A program made the position numbers and the translations under genes. The notes beneath the pieces are model-generated. The model was not told the origin of the DNA and did not search any database. It saw only the letters and a list, made by a program, of their open reading frames with translations. Source: an uncultured Candidatus Saccharibacteria bacterium (GTDB lineage Bacteria > Patescibacteriota > UBA1384 > XYA2-FULL-43-10 > 1-14-0-10-43-13). Taken from it: a DNA stretch of 32,000 nucleotides. The stretch covers positions 60,001 to 92,000 of the forward strand of contig CAZIYE010000002.1 of NCBI GenBank assembly GCA_964543385.1, in the 5' to 3' direction. This document shows positions 15,976 through 27,036 of this stretch, one piece after another (within the stretch, counting starts at the first letter, position 1; the number at the start of each line of letters is the position of its first letter).

Positions 15976-18798
15976 ATGAATTCAATAAAAATTGTTGGTG
16001 CTAGAGAGCATAACTTAAAAAATATATCTCTTGAGATACCAAGAGATAAGTTGGTTGTTATCACTGGTTTGTCTGGTTCTGGTAAATCTTCCTTGGCTTT
16101 CGACACTATATATGCGGAAGGTCAGCGAAGATATGTGGAATCTCTATCATCTTACGCAAGACAATTTCTTGGTGTTATGGAAAAACCGGATGTCGATAGC
16201 ATAGAGGGGCTTTCGCCGGCAATCTCAATCGATCAAAAGTCGGCTTCAAGAAATCCTCGTTCAACTGTTGGAACGATCACTGAGATATATGATCATCTTC
16301 GGTTGCTTTTTGCTCGAGTTGGAACAATCCATTGTCCATCATGTGGTAAACCTGTTACCAAACAAACGATTAACCAGATTGCCAATCAAATTATTCTATC
16401 TACTAAAGAAACTCGCCGTATTGCTATTCTGGCGCCTGTTGTTGAGGACAAAAAAGGTGAACACAAGGATGTTCTTAGCAAAATAACGAAGACCGGTTTT
16501 TCGCGTATAAGACTCGATGGTACTATTATGGAAGTAGATGAAGCCGAGTCGAAAGAAATGGACAAAAATAAAAAACATAATATTGAGGTTGTAGTCGACA
16601 GACTAATTCTTGAAAAAGATCATGTTGATGAATCCACTAAAAGTCGTCTTTATGACTCGCTAGAAAAGGCTTTGTCTCAGGCAAATGGAAAAGTCATCAT
16701 CCATGATTATGAGTGTAAAAATGATAAGTTTTATTCAGAGCTATTTGCTTGCCCAGATTGTGGTATATCTATGCCAGAGATTCTGCCAAGATCTTTTTCT
16801 TTCAATTCGCCCCATGGTGCTTGTAAAACATGTCAAGGACTAGGTATTAAACAGGAGATCGATCCTCATCTTGTCTTGCCTAATCCAAAACTAACCATTT
16901 CTGAGGGGGCAATTCGTCCATGGGCCAGAAACATTGCACATAGCGGTTGGTATTTTAGAATTCTCGAAAAAGCTGCAGAGAAGCAGGGCGTGGATTTAAA
17001 TATTCCTATATCTAAGCTCTCGAAAGATGATCTAAATTTTATATTATTTGGCGCCGGAGAAGAGTCCTATAATATATCCGGTTATGAAGCAAAGTATGAA
17101 GGTGTAATACCTAATTTAGAGAGAAGATACAAAGAGTCAGAGTCGGACTACGTTAAACAAGAAATCGAAAAGTATATGGTGGTAAGGAAATGTCCCTCTT
17201 GCGGTGGAGCAAGATTGAAGAAGGAACTGTTGGGGGTTAAAATCGATGGTAAAAATATTTCCGAGATATCAAATCAAACTATTGAAGAAGCCCTAAGCTT
17301 TTTTAATCAATTGCCTGATAAACTTGACAAAGAGCAAAGGCAGATTGCTATTTTGATTATTAAAGAAATTAAAGAAAGACTAAAGTTCTTAATTAATGTA
17401 GGTCTTTCATATCTCACAATTGACCGTAATGCTGCTACATTGGCCGGAGGAGAAGCGCAAAGAATCAGATTAGCCACCCAAATCGGCTCTGGTCTAACAG
17501 GAGTACTCTATATCTTAGATGAACCATCAATAGGATTACATCAGCGAGACAATGATCGTCTTCTTCAAACACTCAAGGATCTAAGAGACCTTGGAAATAC
17601 TGTGATTGTCGTAGAGCATGACGAAGATACTATCATGAATGCTGACTGGGTTGTTGATATTGGTCCTGGCGCCGGAGAGCATGGGGGCAGAGTAATCTGT
17701 CAGGGCAAACCATCTGATATTAAAGATTGTGAAGAATCAATCACGGCTCAATATATATTTGGTAAGAAAAAGATCGAGCCACCTAAAGTTAGAAGAACGG
17801 GAAATGGCAATTATCTTGAAATTATAGGGGCTACTGAAAATAATCTTAAGAATATTAATGTCAAAATACCACTAAACACACTTACTAGTGTTACTGGTGT
17901 ATCCGGTTCGGGAAAATCGACTCTCATTAATGACATATTGGCGAAGTATCTTTCAAAAACGTTCCACAGGGCTCGTGTGGAACCAGGAGCTTTTCAAAAA
18001 ATTCTTGGCACGGAATTTCTAAATAAGGTCATTGATATAGATCAATCACCAATCGGAAAAACTCCTCGATCAAATACGGCAACATATACAGGTGTATTTA
18101 CATTGATTAGAGATCTCTTTGCAGCAACAGGAGAAGCGAAGATCCGTGGCTATAAGGCAGGCAGATTTTCATTCAATGTTAAGGGTGGGCGTTGTGAAAA
18201 ATGTCGAGGCGAGGGCGTTTTGAAGATAGAAATGCATTTTCTGCCGGATGTTTATGTGACCTGCGAAGAATGCAAAGGTAAAAGATATAATAAAGAAGCC
18301 CTCGAAGTCATATATAAGGGAAAAAATATTGCAGAAGTTCTGGATATGACAGTCGAAGAATCTCTTATTTTCTTTAAAAATATCCCGTCAATTTATCAAA
18401 AATTGCAGGTTCTTTTTGATGTAGGACTTGGATATATAAAACTAGGACAGCCAGCCACAACTCTTTCGGGCGGAGAGGCACAAAGAATAAAGCTCGCTAC
18501 AGAGCTAGCGCATAGAGGTACCGGCAAAACATTATATATTCTAGACGAGCCAACCACTGGATTGCATTTTGAGGATGTGAAGAAACTGATTGGCGTACTA
18601 TCAGCATTGGTTGATAAGGGCAATACTGTTTTGGTTATTGAACATAATCTTGACGTTATAAAAAGTGCTGATCATCTTATTGATCTGGGACCAGAGGGCG
18701 GTGATGGGGGAGGCCAGGTTATAGGAACGGGTACGCCAGAAGATATTGCAAAGATATCTGCCTCATATACTGGCAAATACTTGCGTAAAATTCTCTAG
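15976..18798 (+). CDS. uvrA: Excinuclease ABC subunit A
   Basis: 940 aa; [77 protein letters not shown], Zn motifs CPSCGKP and CEKCRGEG...CEECKGKRY, and [12 protein letters not shown]. Confidence 0.98.
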   Translation: MNSIKIVGAREHNLKNISLEIPRDKLVVITGLSGSGKSSLAFDTIYAEGQRRYVESLSSYARQFLGVMEKPDVDSIEGLSPAISIDQKSASRNPRSTVGTITEIYDHLRLLFARVGTIHCPSCGKPVTKQTINQIANQIILSTKETRRIAILAPVVEDKKGEHKDVLSKITKTGFSRIRLDGTIMEVDEAESKEMDKNKKHNIEVVVDRLILEKDHVDESTKSRLYDSLEKALSQANGKVIIHDYECKNDKFYSELFACPDCGISMPEILPRSFSFNSPHGACKTCQGLGIKQEIDPHLVLPNPKLTISEGAIRPWARNIAHSGWYFRILEKAAEKQGVDLNIPISKLSKDDLNFILFGAGEESYNISGYEAKYEGVIPNLERRYKESESDYVKQEIEKYMVVRKCPSCGGARLKKELLGVKIDGKNISEISNQTIEEALSFFNQLPDKLDKEQRQIAILIIKEIKERLKFLINVGLSYLTIDRNAATLAGGEAQRIRLATQIGSGLTGVLYILDEPSIGLHQRDNDRLLQTLKDLRDLGNTVIVVEHDEDTIMNADWVVDIGPGAGEHGGRVICQGKPSDIKDCEESITAQYIFGKKKIEPPKVRRTGNGNYLEIIGATENNLKNINVKIPLNTLTSVTGVSGSGKSTLINDILAKYLSKTFHRARVEPGAFQKILGTEFLNKVIDIDQSPIGKTPRSNTATYTGVFTLIRDLFAATGEAKIRGYKAGRFSFNVKGGRCEKCRGEGVLKIEMHFLPDVYVTCEECKGKRYNKEALEVIYKGKNIAEVLDMTVEESLIFFKNIPSIYQKLQVLFDVGLGYIKLGQPATTLSGGEAQRIKLATELAHRGTGKTLYILDEPTTGLHFEDVKKLIGVLSALVDKGNTVLVIEHNLDVIKSADHLIDLGPEGGDGGGQVIGTGTPEDIAKISASYTGKYLRKIL

Positions 18799-19829
18799 GA
18801 AATACGACCTCGCTGGATATTTCTATAAAATGTTTCTGAATCATCTTGCTGATATTCAGGAATCGCTATTTTAGTTGATTCTATATAGGACCAAATTTTT
18901 TCCTGAGCCCATAAGTAGCAAATGATGCTTTCTGCGCCACTATTTCTTGATATAGATTTCTCCCTCATTCCATCAAAACAACGTTTAGTTTTGCAATCGA
19001 CCAATTGTCTGTTTAATATGTTGTTACCCCAGAACCATGAAAAATAAAATTTTGCCTCTGATAAGTAGTGATAGTTTGAAGTTATCTCATAAGCCTCAAT
19101 GTTTGCTATCACCTGGTAGGCGATATCTATTGGTTGCTGGTCGTAGAGTGATTTTTTTTGGCCCTGGCGATACCATCCTTTGTTCCCGATTGTTATAGGT
19201 GACGTATTATGTTTAGTTTTTTTATTCAAAAAATCTAACATTGCTAGGCCTGCAGCAAATACATCTTTATCGAAAAAATTTCTATGATATGCAAAAAAAC
19301 TCATAGGTACTATTGCATTTCCATATGTAAGACTGTGTTCGATCCATTCCCATCCTTTTGAAGAATTCTTAACGTAGATTTTTAATAATTTGTTTTGCAG
19401 TATTTTTGCTAGAGTATGGTTTTCTAAGACAGCGCCGATAAGTGCATATGAATTTCCTCTAACGCTTTCAAATCTATTTATCATCGTCTCTATTCTAATC
19501 TGTGAATATTTCGTTTGACTTGTCTTATTCCATAGTGCTAGTGCCCAATATGTTTGGCCAAGCGCATCTTCTGATGGCGATGAAGGAAGGGGATTTCTGT
19601 CTTTGTCATAAAAATTATTGCCACCATCGTTTTCAAGACAATTTTTTAAGAAGTCAAAATAAATCTTTATTAATCCTTTTGGCCCATATAACATAGTAAA
19701 AATCATAGCTCTGGCGGCATCATCTAAGGCGTAACCGTGCTTTTTGTCTATCTTTTTTCCACTAGAATGTTGCCAGATAGAAAAATCATCAGTAAGAAAC
19801 TCTAAATAACTTGTTGAAATACGTTCCAT
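18795..19829 (-). CDS. Alpha/alpha-toroid-like protein, possibly glycoside-hydrolase-related
   Basis: 344 aa, Trp/Tyr rich; [47 protein letters not shown], and [22 protein letters not shown] resemble (alpha/alpha)6 sugar-related proteins. Converges on uvrA with a 4-nt overlap. Confidence 0.5.
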   Translation of the reverse strand: MERISTSYLEFLTDDFSIWQHSSGKKIDKKHGYALDDAARAMIFTMLYGPKGLIKIYFDFLKNCLENDGGNNFYDKDRNPLPSSPSEDALGQTYWALALWNKTSQTKYSQIRIETMINRFESVRGNSYALIGAVLENHTLAKILQNKLLKIYVKNSSKGWEWIEHSLTYGNAIVPMSFFAYHRNFFDKDVFAAGLAMLDFLNKKTKHNTSPITIGNKGWYRQGQKKSLYDQQPIDIAYQVIANIEAYEITSNYHYLSEAKFYFSWFWGNNILNRQLVDCKTKRCFDGMREKSISRNSGAESIICYLWAQEKIWSYIESTKIAIPEYQQDDSETFYRNIQRGRIS

Positions 19830-19889
19830 TGTTTATCTTAAATAATTTGTATTAATATAAATAAATAATAATTTAAAGAAAGAGGATAT

Positions 19890-20327
19890 ATGCAAATATC
19901 TAGTTCTGCTTTCGAGAATGGTGAGAAAATCCCTCAAATCTTTACTTGTGATGGTCAAGATATAAGCCCGCATTTGCTCATAAGCGATGTTCCGAGCGAG
20001 GCTCTAAGTCTAGCGCTAATCATGGACGATCCTGATGCCCCCAGAGGAATCTGGACGCATTGGATAATGTGGAATATTCCACCACAGACCATCGATATCC
20101 CTGAGGGAGATTTTGTGGAGGATACTGTTGAGGGGATAAACAGCTCCGGCTCTCAGGGATATTCCGGACCGTGTCCCCAAGACAAAACCCATCGATATTT
20201 TTTTAATTTATATGCCCTAGACACAGTTTTAGATCTGGGGGCTGATGCTGACCTCGAAGAACTGACCGCAGAAATGCAAGGACATATAATTACCGAAGCA
20301 AAGTTTTTTGGCACCTATGGAAGATAG
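19890..20327 (+). CDS. PEBP family protein (YbhB/YbcL, Raf kinase inhibitor-like)
   Basis: 145 aa; IPQIFTCDGQDISPHL, MDDPDAPRGIWTHWIMWNIPP, GYSGPCPQDKTHRYFFNLYALD. Confidence 0.95.
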   Translation: MQISSSAFENGEKIPQIFTCDGQDISPHLLISDVPSEALSLALIMDDPDAPRGIWTHWIMWNIPPQTIDIPEGDFVEDTVEGINSSGSQGYSGPCPQDKTHRYFFNLYALDTVLDLGADADLEELTAEMQGHIITEAKFFGTYGR

Positions 20328-20412
20328 AATTGTAATGCTCTCTAAAGATTTTTATTTTGTATTATGTTCATAATTTAGGTACAGGACATATAAATAAAAT
20401 ACAGAAGCTTTT

Positions 20413-20523
20413 ATGTTAGACGGATTTATTTTTTATACAATTATCGCTTGGGTTATCTATGTTCTCTTGGTCACAGTTCTTATTTTAGTGATTTTAGCTC
20501 TACTTAAATATATTAAAGGATAA
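20413..20523 (+). CDS. Possible 36-aa single-pass membrane peptide
   Basis: Read by hand: MLDGFIFYTIIAWVIYVLLVTVLILVILALLKYIKG. Lies between the PEBP and DUF2267 genes; below the track cutoff, with a weak RBS. Confidence 0.35.
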   Translation: MLDGFIFYTIIAWVIYVLLVTVLILVILALLKYIKG

Positions 20524-20532
20524 GGTCAAATT

Positions 20533-20955
20533 ATGAATACAGGACTAGATGTTTTTGATACAACAATTGAGAAGTCGAATAAAATCTTGAAATCAATAGA
20601 GCAGGATATGGGTTGGGAAAATCGTCGCAATCAATCATATCTTGCCCTAAGATCTGTATTACATGCCCTGAGAGATCGATTGCCTATAGAAGAGGCAGTA
20701 CACTTCAGCGCTCAATTAACGCCACTTATAAAGGGTATTTATTTTGATGGCTGGGTTCTTCTTGACGTGCCGGTGAAAATGAATAAAGAGGAATTTTTGG
20801 CTTGCATTGGCAATCAATTCAAACTTGATGTGGACGGTGGAATTGAGAAGATGACAAAAATTGTACTCGAAAAAATCTTTGAAGCGATAGATCCAGGAGA
20901 GGCAAATAAAATTATTGCAGCGCTGCCAAAAGATATTGCTAGTATTCTTTGCTAG
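20533..20955 (+). CDS. DUF2267 family protein
   Basis: 140 aa; LALRSVLHALRDRLPIEEAVHFSAQLTPLIKGIYFDGW is typical of DUF2267. Confidence 0.85.
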   Translation: MNTGLDVFDTTIEKSNKILKSIEQDMGWENRRNQSYLALRSVLHALRDRLPIEEAVHFSAQLTPLIKGIYFDGWVLLDVPVKMNKEEFLACIGNQFKLDVDGGIEKMTKIVLEKIFEAIDPGEANKIIAALPKDIASILC

Positions 20956-21015
20956 ATATTAAATTACTAGCAACTTTCTAAGTCAACTAGAAGCATAAAT
21001 TGGATATGGGGAGAA

Positions 21016-22086
21016 ATGTTTGGAACAGAAATAAAACTGGCAAAAATTAAAGGGATAGAGATAGTACTTGATATTTCTTGGTTTTGGATATTCATTTTAG
21101 TAGCTCTCTCTTTTTATTTTTCCGTGGAATCTTTAAGCTTTAATACTTTGACTAGAGTTAGTCTATCGGTTATTGCATCATTGTTATTATTTATTTCAGC
21201 ATTGCTTCATGAGCTATCGCATGCATTGATTGCAAAGAGATATGGAATGCCTACTAGAAAAATCACTTTATTCCTATTCGGCGGAGTATCAAATATTACT
21301 GCTGAACCGAAGACGCCATCTGCCGAACTTAACATTGCTCTAATTGGTCCAATTTCTAGCATATTAATTGGCTTAATCTTTATCGCCTTTTATTACATTT
21401 TTGCCGAATATGAACCACTAAAATGGCTATTTATAAACCTTAGCTACCTAAATTTTATGCTAGCTATTTTTAATAGTCTGCCAGCATATCCTTTAGATGG
21501 GGGACGCATATTCCGATCTATAATTTGGAAAAAAATCGGCAATTTGAACAATGCAACAGAATTGGCTGCCGTAACCGGAAAAATTGTAGCTGGAGGCATG
21601 GTCGTCTGGGGTGTGATTCAATTTCTACTCCTGGGTATAATATCTGGATTGTGGCTAGCATTTATCGGAGTATTTATATACAGGTTAGCCGCTTCTAGCC
21701 CGATGCAAACTAGAATAATGAAAAAGATTCAGGGAGTAAGAGTAAAAGATATATACAGACATTATCCGCATTATTATCTGGGGAAGAATATAGAAAAGAT
21801 TATGAATGAAACACAAGATGGGTTGTACGATTACGTAATATTATCGGAAGAAAATATTCGAATTGGTATTCTCCCCGTGGAATTGCTAACTAAAGAAGAT
21901 AGCATTATCTTAGGCGGTGTTATCCCTCTTAATAAACTCAAGGCAGTTGATACGGGGGACGATTTGCTAAAGGCTTTAGATTTGCTAGAAAGAAGTGAGT
22001 ACCCAGTAATTAGAATATTAAAAAATAATGAATTTGTGGGAATTATCTCCATAAATGATATTTTATATTTCGTAAGAGCAGCATGA
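21016..22086 (+). CDS. Site-2 protease-like M50 metallopeptidase with CBS domain
   Basis: 356 aa, multiple TM segments; HELSHALIAKRYG (HExxH), NSLPAYPLDGGR, and C-terminal CBS-like LLERSEYPVIRILKNNEFVGIISINDI. Confidence 0.93.
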   Translation: MFGTEIKLAKIKGIEIVLDISWFWIFILVALSFYFSVESLSFNTLTRVSLSVIASLLLFISALLHELSHALIAKRYGMPTRKITLFLFGGVSNITAEPKTPSAELNIALIGPISSILIGLIFIAFYYIFAEYEPLKWLFINLSYLNFMLAIFNSLPAYPLDGGRIFRSIIWKKIGNLNNATELAAVTGKIVAGGMVVWGVIQFLLLGIISGLWLAFIGVFIYRLAASSPMQTRIMKKIQGVRVKDIYRHYPHYYLGKNIEKIMNETQDGLYDYVILSEENIRIGILPVELLTKEDSIILGGVIPLNKLKAVDTGDDLLKALDLLERSEYPVIRILKNNEFVGIISINDILYFVRAA

Positions 22087-22311
22087 TGTAAACTGCATTA
22101 TAATAATACTGTGGCCGTTATTAAATTGCTCAGTGAAAATAATTATTAGTAATATTAATAAAACCAGAAATAGTATTAATCATAATGAAGTATGGGAGTT
22201 GGTTCAAAAAGTATTTAACTAAATATGAATTATTTGTGAATTGTTGAAAAGTTAACACGGCAAAAGGTTGCTAAAATTAGTTACCGTTTTATAATTAACA
22301 TTGGCTTTAGA

Positions 22312-22881
22312 ATGGATGATCAGATTAAAATTTTAGGAATCGCTGGTAGCATAAGAGAGGGATCTTACAATAGGATGTTGCTAAAATTTGCCAAGAGTTC
22401 GGCTAATCAGTCACTGGCAAGTATGAATATCTATGATATCGAGAAATTGCCGTTATATAACCAAGACATGGAGCAAAATTTGCCGAACAGTGTTAAAGAA
22501 TTCAAGCAGGCGGTAGCGGAGTCAGATGCGATTTTGATGGTCACCCCAGAGTATAACTATTCAATCTCTGGTGTCTTAAAAAATGCAATTGACTGGGCTT
22601 CGCGACCATTTGGTGATAATTCTTGGGCAGGGAAACCAGTTGCGATAATGGGGGCTTCTACTTCTGGCTTTGGAACGCTTCGAGCCCAGCTTCATTTGAG
22701 GCAAATATTCCTATATCTTAACATGCATCCAGTCGCTGAGCCTGAAATTTATGTTTCTTATGCGGATCAAAGATTCAATAAGAGCGGCGAATTAATAGAT
22801 GATGATATAAGAATGAAAGTCAAAAATTTACTCGATGCCTTGATTATAAAGACAAGGTCAATAAAGGGTCTGTCATGGTAG
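22312..22881 (+). CDS. NAD(P)H-dependent FMN reductase
   Basis: 189 aa; GSIREGSYNRMLLKFA, MVTPEYNYSISGVLKNAIDWAS, and GASTSGFGTLRAQLHLRQIF. Confidence 0.95.
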   Translation: MDDQIKILGIAGSIREGSYNRMLLKFAKSSANQSLASMNIYDIEKLPLYNQDMEQNLPNSVKEFKQAVAESDAILMVTPEYNYSISGVLKNAIDWASRPFGDNSWAGKPVAIMGASTSGFGTLRAQLHLRQIFLYLNMHPVAEPEIYVSYADQRFNKSGELIDDDIRMKVKNLLDALIIKTRSIKGLSW

Positions 22882-22946
22882 AGTATTCGGGGATATAATC
22901 AATCTTTCTAATTGCATTTTAAGCTCAAAAAGCATATGCTTGAGTT

Positions 22947-23864
22947 ATGAATTGGTTTACTATTTCGCTTTTGCCACCAATGATTTGGGCTCTCTCAAAT
23001 CATTTTGATAAATATCTGCTCAACAAATTCTTCAAGAATATAGGTGGCGGTCCACTTATTATATTGACATCCCTTACTGCTCTTATAACTCTTCCTTTGA
23101 TCCTGCTATTTTCTTCAGCTGAGATATCGATGAACGCTCCTGCGATATTAGCTCTGATAGGGCTTGGACTGTTAGGAATGGGCGGCGGACTTCTATATAT
23201 CTATGCTATGAGTAAGGATGATCCAAGTGTCGTCATCCCGCTTTTTCAGATGATTCCAGTATTCAATTATTTCCTAGGTTTAATTTTTCTGAAAGAAACT
23301 CTTTCCACGGTGCAGTTAATAGGATCAGTTCTTGTTATCGGTGGGGCGATATTTCTGACAACTGAGCAAGAAGGAAGAAAGTTTAAAATTAAAGCAGGTA
23401 TATTTTGGGTAATGGCTTTGAATTGTATCCTGCATTCTTTCTTTGACCTATCTTTTAAATATATTGCAAAATCAGAAAATCTTTGGGGGGCAAATTTCTG
23501 GGTTTACTTTGGCATGGCTCTTTTTGGAATAGCCATTTTGATATTCAGCAAGGATTGGCGAAACAAATTTTTTAGTATTTTTAAATACAATAGGACAAAG
23601 ATAATTTCTCTTGGTTTAATTAGTGAAGGCGGTAGCATAGTAGCTAATTTGATATTCAATTATGCTTTGCTTCTTATGCCAATTGCACTTGTTTCAGTTG
23701 TTAGTAACGGTCTCCAGCCATTTTTTGTTCTCTTATTCGGTATTGTTCTAACAGTGATTTTTCCGGAGATCTGTCATGAAAAATTGACAACCAGAAACCT
23801 TGCGCCAAAAATTGCTTTTATTGCAATCATTTTTATTGGTACATATCTTTTAAATATTAAATAA
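22947..23864 (+). CDS. EamA/DMT-type membrane transporter
   Basis: 305 aa with about 10 hydrophobic segments; DDPSVVIPLFQMIPVFNYFLGLIFLKETLSTVQLIGSVLVIGGAIFL. Confidence 0.85.
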   Translation: MNWFTISLLPPMIWALSNHFDKYLLNKFFKNIGGGPLIILTSLTALITLPLILLFSSAEISMNAPAILALIGLGLLGMGGGLLYIYAMSKDDPSVVIPLFQMIPVFNYFLGLIFLKETLSTVQLIGSVLVIGGAIFLTTEQEGRKFKIKAGIFWVMALNCILHSFFDLSFKYIAKSENLWGANFWVYFGMALFGIAILIFSKDWRNKFFSIFKYNRTKIISLGLISEGGSIVANLIFNYALLLMPIALVSVVSNGLQPFFVLLFGIVLTVIFPEICHEKLTTRNLAPKIAFIAIIFIGTYLLNIK

Positions 23865-23873
23865 GGGAAAAAT

Positions 23874-24623
23874 ATGAAAGTTACAATCTTAGGAAGTGGA
23901 TCATTTATCTCAAGTCTTGACCATTTCGGACCAAGTTATCTCATCGAGCATAATAATAGAAAGATATTGGTTGATGCAGGGCAAGGAACGTCAATTCAGC
24001 TTTTAAAATTAGGGATCAAATTAGAGGATATCGATTACATCTTCATTACGCATTTTCACGGTGATCATAATGCTGATCTACTTGCCTTGTTGCTTTGGCC
24101 AAAAATTGCGCAAAGGCAGGGTATCGAGATTAGCAAAACAATAAAAGTTTTTGGTCAACCAGGTATTAAGCAATTTGTTGATGATGTTTTTTCAGTCTTT
24201 TGTCATACTCCTGGCGGTTTCTACGAAGTCACTGAATTGGAAAATTTTATTCAGATTGAGGGAATTAAAGTTACCGCAATTCCAGTTGTCCATACCGATA
24301 TTCCTGCTGTTGCATATCGGTTTGAATTAAAGGACAAAGTTCTTGTTTTTTCCGGTGATTGTACTCAATGTGATGGAATCAAGAAAGCAAGCAAGGCAGC
24401 GGACCTTTTCATAGTTGATTCATCAAATCCAAAAGAAGTCGAAAACGAATTTCATCTAAATACTATGCAGATAGGAAGGTTATGCGAGGAAAATGGTATT
24501 AAAAAAGTTGTCCTATCTCACCTGACTCATTCCGTGTTCACTAGAGATCTCGTTTCGGAGGTAAAGGAAAATTATTCAGGTGAAGTAATCCTCGCTAAGG
24601 ATTTAATGAGTTTCGAGGTTTAA
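23874..24623 (+). CDS. MBL-fold hydrolase, RNase Z-like
   Basis: 249 aa; LGSGSF, LVDAGQGTSIQLLKLG, IFITHFHGDHNADL, FSGDCTQCDGI, and VLSHLTHS. Confidence 0.9.
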   Translation: MKVTILGSGSFISSLDHFGPSYLIEHNNRKILVDAGQGTSIQLLKLGIKLEDIDYIFITHFHGDHNADLLALLLWPKIAQRQGIEISKTIKVFGQPGIKQFVDDVFSVFCHTPGGFYEVTELENFIQIEGIKVTAIPVVHTDIPAVAYRFELKDKVLVFSGDCTQCDGIKKASKAADLFIVDSSNPKEVENEFHLNTMQIGRLCEENGIKKVVLSHLTHSVFTRDLVSEVKENYSGEVILAKDLMSFEV

Positions 24624-24627
24624 AATA

Positions 24628-25776
24628 ATGAATGACATATATAATAATGAAATCCGACAAGATAAATTACCAGTAGTAATAATTACTGGATATCCTGGTG
24701 CGGGCAAGACCACTTTGGGGAAGAGATTGTCAGAGAGATTCTGCATACCATTCATCAGCAAGGATGAGATAAAAGAAATAATGTTTGATAGTCTTGGCTG
24801 GGATAATAGGGAGTGGTCAATAAAGTTAGGCTCTGCCAGCTACGATCTAATGTTTTATTTTGCTAAAAAAGTTATTGAATCGAATAAACCTTTTATTCTA
24901 GAAACATTTTTCAGCAAAATAAGCGAAAAAGAAATTACCAATTTAGAGAGAGAGTTTAATATTTATCCTATACAAATTATTTGCTCTACCAGCCCAGATG
25001 TAATTTTAAATAGAGTAAAGGATAGAGTACAAAATGGCGAAAGACATCCCGGCCATGTTGATCATACTAGGTATGATGAACTGGCTGATAAAGTAAAAGA
25101 AGAATACCGACCACTTGATATAGGTGGCTCCATGATGACTATAGATACTTCGGATTTTTGTAGGATAAAATATGATGAGATTTATAATTTTGTAACAAAC
25201 AATCTGTACGGCAAGCCCAATATGAGAGATGACTTGCTAGAAAAATCAATTGGTTTTACTGATCGATCATTTGGCAAGAAAAAACAGCACTTTGTTAAGA
25301 CCCTTCATTGGTTGCTTCAACTAAAGCCCAATGCTGATATGGCTTTCCAGGTAGCTGCCTATACACATGATGTTGAGAGAGCGTTTAAAAAAGCTAATGG
25401 AAGAAAACGTTTAATTTATAAAACCAAGGATGATCTTATAAGACACGAGAAAGATAGCGGATCAATAATGTATGATTTTCTGATAAAAGAAGGAGCAACT
25501 AAATCATTTGCTTCTAGGGTCAACGAGCTAATTTCCTCGCACGAAGAGGGTGGTAGCGCTGATCAAAGTCTTCTCAGGGATTGTGATTCTATCAGTTATC
25601 TAGAAATTAATGCTCCTCGTAATTTGGAATGGCTTGGCGAGGTGCCAGAAAGTGAGATGAGGGAGAAGTTTGACTGGATGTACAAAAGAATCGGATCAGC
25701 TAGAGCTAAGAAAATTGCTAAACCTTTTTATAATAAAGCAGTAGCCATGTTGGAAGAAAAAATAAAAAATAAGTAG
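24628..25776 (+). CDS. AAA_33-type P-loop kinase fused to an HD/DUF4202-like domain
   Basis: 382 aa; Walker A TGYPGAGKTTLGKRLSERF and kinase-like VKDRVQNGERHPGHVDHTRYDEL, then AAYTHDVERAFKK...LISSHEEGGSADQSLLRDCDSISYL. Confidence 0.65.
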   Translation: MNDIYNNEIRQDKLPVVIITGYPGAGKTTLGKRLSERFCIPFISKDEIKEIMFDSLGWDNREWSIKLGSASYDLMFYFAKKVIESNKPFILETFFSKISEKEITNLEREFNIYPIQIICSTSPDVILNRVKDRVQNGERHPGHVDHTRYDELADKVKEEYRPLDIGGSMMTIDTSDFCRIKYDEIYNFVTNNLYGKPNMRDDLLEKSIGFTDRSFGKKKQHFVKTLHWLLQLKPNADMAFQVAAYTHDVERAFKKANGRKRLIYKTKDDLIRHEKDSGSIMYDFLIKEGATKSFASRVNELISSHEEGGSADQSLLRDCDSISYLEINAPRNLEWLGEVPESEMREKFDWMYKRIGSARAKKIAKPFYNKAVAMLEEKIKNK

Positions 25777-25777
25777 G

Positions 25778-26425
25778 ATGATTATGAACAAGGTTGGATT
25801 ATTTGTGTTAGGGCTAATAACTCTTGCGTTTGGTATTGGTGCAACATTATATTCACGCTTACCAGATCAAATGGCTTCTCATTGGAATGCTCAGGGAATT
25901 GCAGATGGCACAATGTCTAAACCATTTGCCATTTTTCTGATGCCGCTGATTATGGTTTTTCTATTCATATTTTTATATTTTTTACCAAAATTTGATCCAA
26001 TGAAGGGAAATATCAAAAAATTTTATAAGCAATATTCTGGTTTTATTGTTGTAATGACTTTATTCATGTTTGTTCTATATCTACAAACATTGCTTTGGAA
26101 TCTTGGCACAAGAATAAATCCAATTCTCTTGATGTCAGTTGCTTTTGCTTTTTTGATATATTACCTAGGGATTTTAATTGGCAGCACTGAACAAAATTGG
26201 ACTATAGGTATACGCACCCCTTGGACATTAAGTAATAAAATAGTTTGGGACAAAACTCATAAGTTAGGTGCAAAACTATATAGAATCATTGCTTTTGTTA
26301 CTCTGCTGGGGCTAATATTCCCAAACATAGCTTTCTTATTTTTGATAGTGCCCTTAATGACAGTGAGCTTATTTCTTGTCCTTTATTCGTATCTAGAGTT
26401 TAAGAAAGAAATAAATAATTATTAA
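25778..26425 (+). CDS. DUF1648 / SdpI-like membrane protein
   Basis: 215 aa; YSRLPDQMASHWNAQGIADGTMSKPFAIFLMPL and WTIGIRTPWTLSNKIVWDKTHKLGAKLY. Confidence 0.9.
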   Translation: MIMNKVGLFVLGLITLAFGIGATLYSRLPDQMASHWNAQGIADGTMSKPFAIFLMPLIMVFLFIFLYFLPKFDPMKGNIKKFYKQYSGFIVVMTLFMFVLYLQTLLWNLGTRINPILLMSVAFAFLIYYLGILIGSTEQNWTIGIRTPWTLSNKIVWDKTHKLGAKLYRIIAFVTLLGLIFPNIAFLFLIVPLMTVSLFLVLYSYLEFKKEINNY

Positions 26426-26500
26426 TTATTAATTATTAATATTGCTCTTTTTGTGTCCTGAGCGGATAATAAAATTAAATTTAATTATGGAGGAAATAGT

Positions 26501-26977
26501 ATGATTAAAATTGTTTATGCAGTTCTGTTGGGAGTGATTCTTGCTTTTTTTATTGGGTTGGGAATAGAGGCATTTTATCCGACAGAAAAGTATCCCGAAG
26601 CACCAACGGAGGTTCAATATGGCAAGGTTGATGGGGGAAATCTCTCTGCGGATGAAATAAAAGCTCAGCGAGATTTCGATACAAAGGTCAAAGAATTTCA
26701 GGATCGGAACAAGGACCATGCTAAAAACGTCTCACTCGTTGCTATCATCGGTAGCATCATTTATATGATAATAAGCCTTGCCGTTCTAAATAAAAAGGAT
26801 GTCTTCGCAGATGGTTTCCTTATCGGTAGCCTGTTGACCTTGATTTACGGCATAATGCGAGGATTTGAGAGTGACGATAGCAAGTTCCGTTTTATTATTG
26901 TTTCGGTTGGATTGGCGGCTGCGCTTATCCTCGGTTACTTTAAATTCCTGCGCCAAAAAGAAGAGCCAAAGAACTAG
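26501..26977 (+). CDS. Hypothetical membrane protein
   Basis: 158 aa with several hydrophobic segments; ATG preceded by GGAGG. Confidence 0.75.
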   Translation: MIKIVYAVLLGVILAFFIGLGIEAFYPTEKYPEAPTEVQYGKVDGGNLSADEIKAQRDFDTKVKEFQDRNKDHAKNVSLVAIIGSIIYMIISLAVLNKKDVFADGFLIGSLLTLIYGIMRGFESDDSKFRFIIVSVGLAAALILGYFKFLRQKEEPKN

Positions 26978-27008
26978 CAAAAAGAAACAATTGAAGCTAT
27001 AAAGCTAC

Positions 27009-27036
27009 AAACGGGCGCCTGTTAAGGCGTCCGTTT
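27009..27036. terminator. Hairpin between convergent genes, probable terminator
   Basis: AAACGGGCGCCT-gtta-AGGCGTCCGTTT, a 12-bp stem with one G-U; no clear T-tract on the plus strand. Confidence 0.55.

Noticed and set aside
22087-22311. Possible ncRNA in the 225-nt gap before the FMN reductase gene
   Set aside because: Only weak inverted repeats and AT-rich sequence, with no terminator-like or conserved structured element that I could support.
26426-26460. ATTAATT microrepeats (attattaattattaattattaat)
   Set aside because: Short simple AT-rich repeat in an intergenic region, unremarkable in an AT-rich genome.
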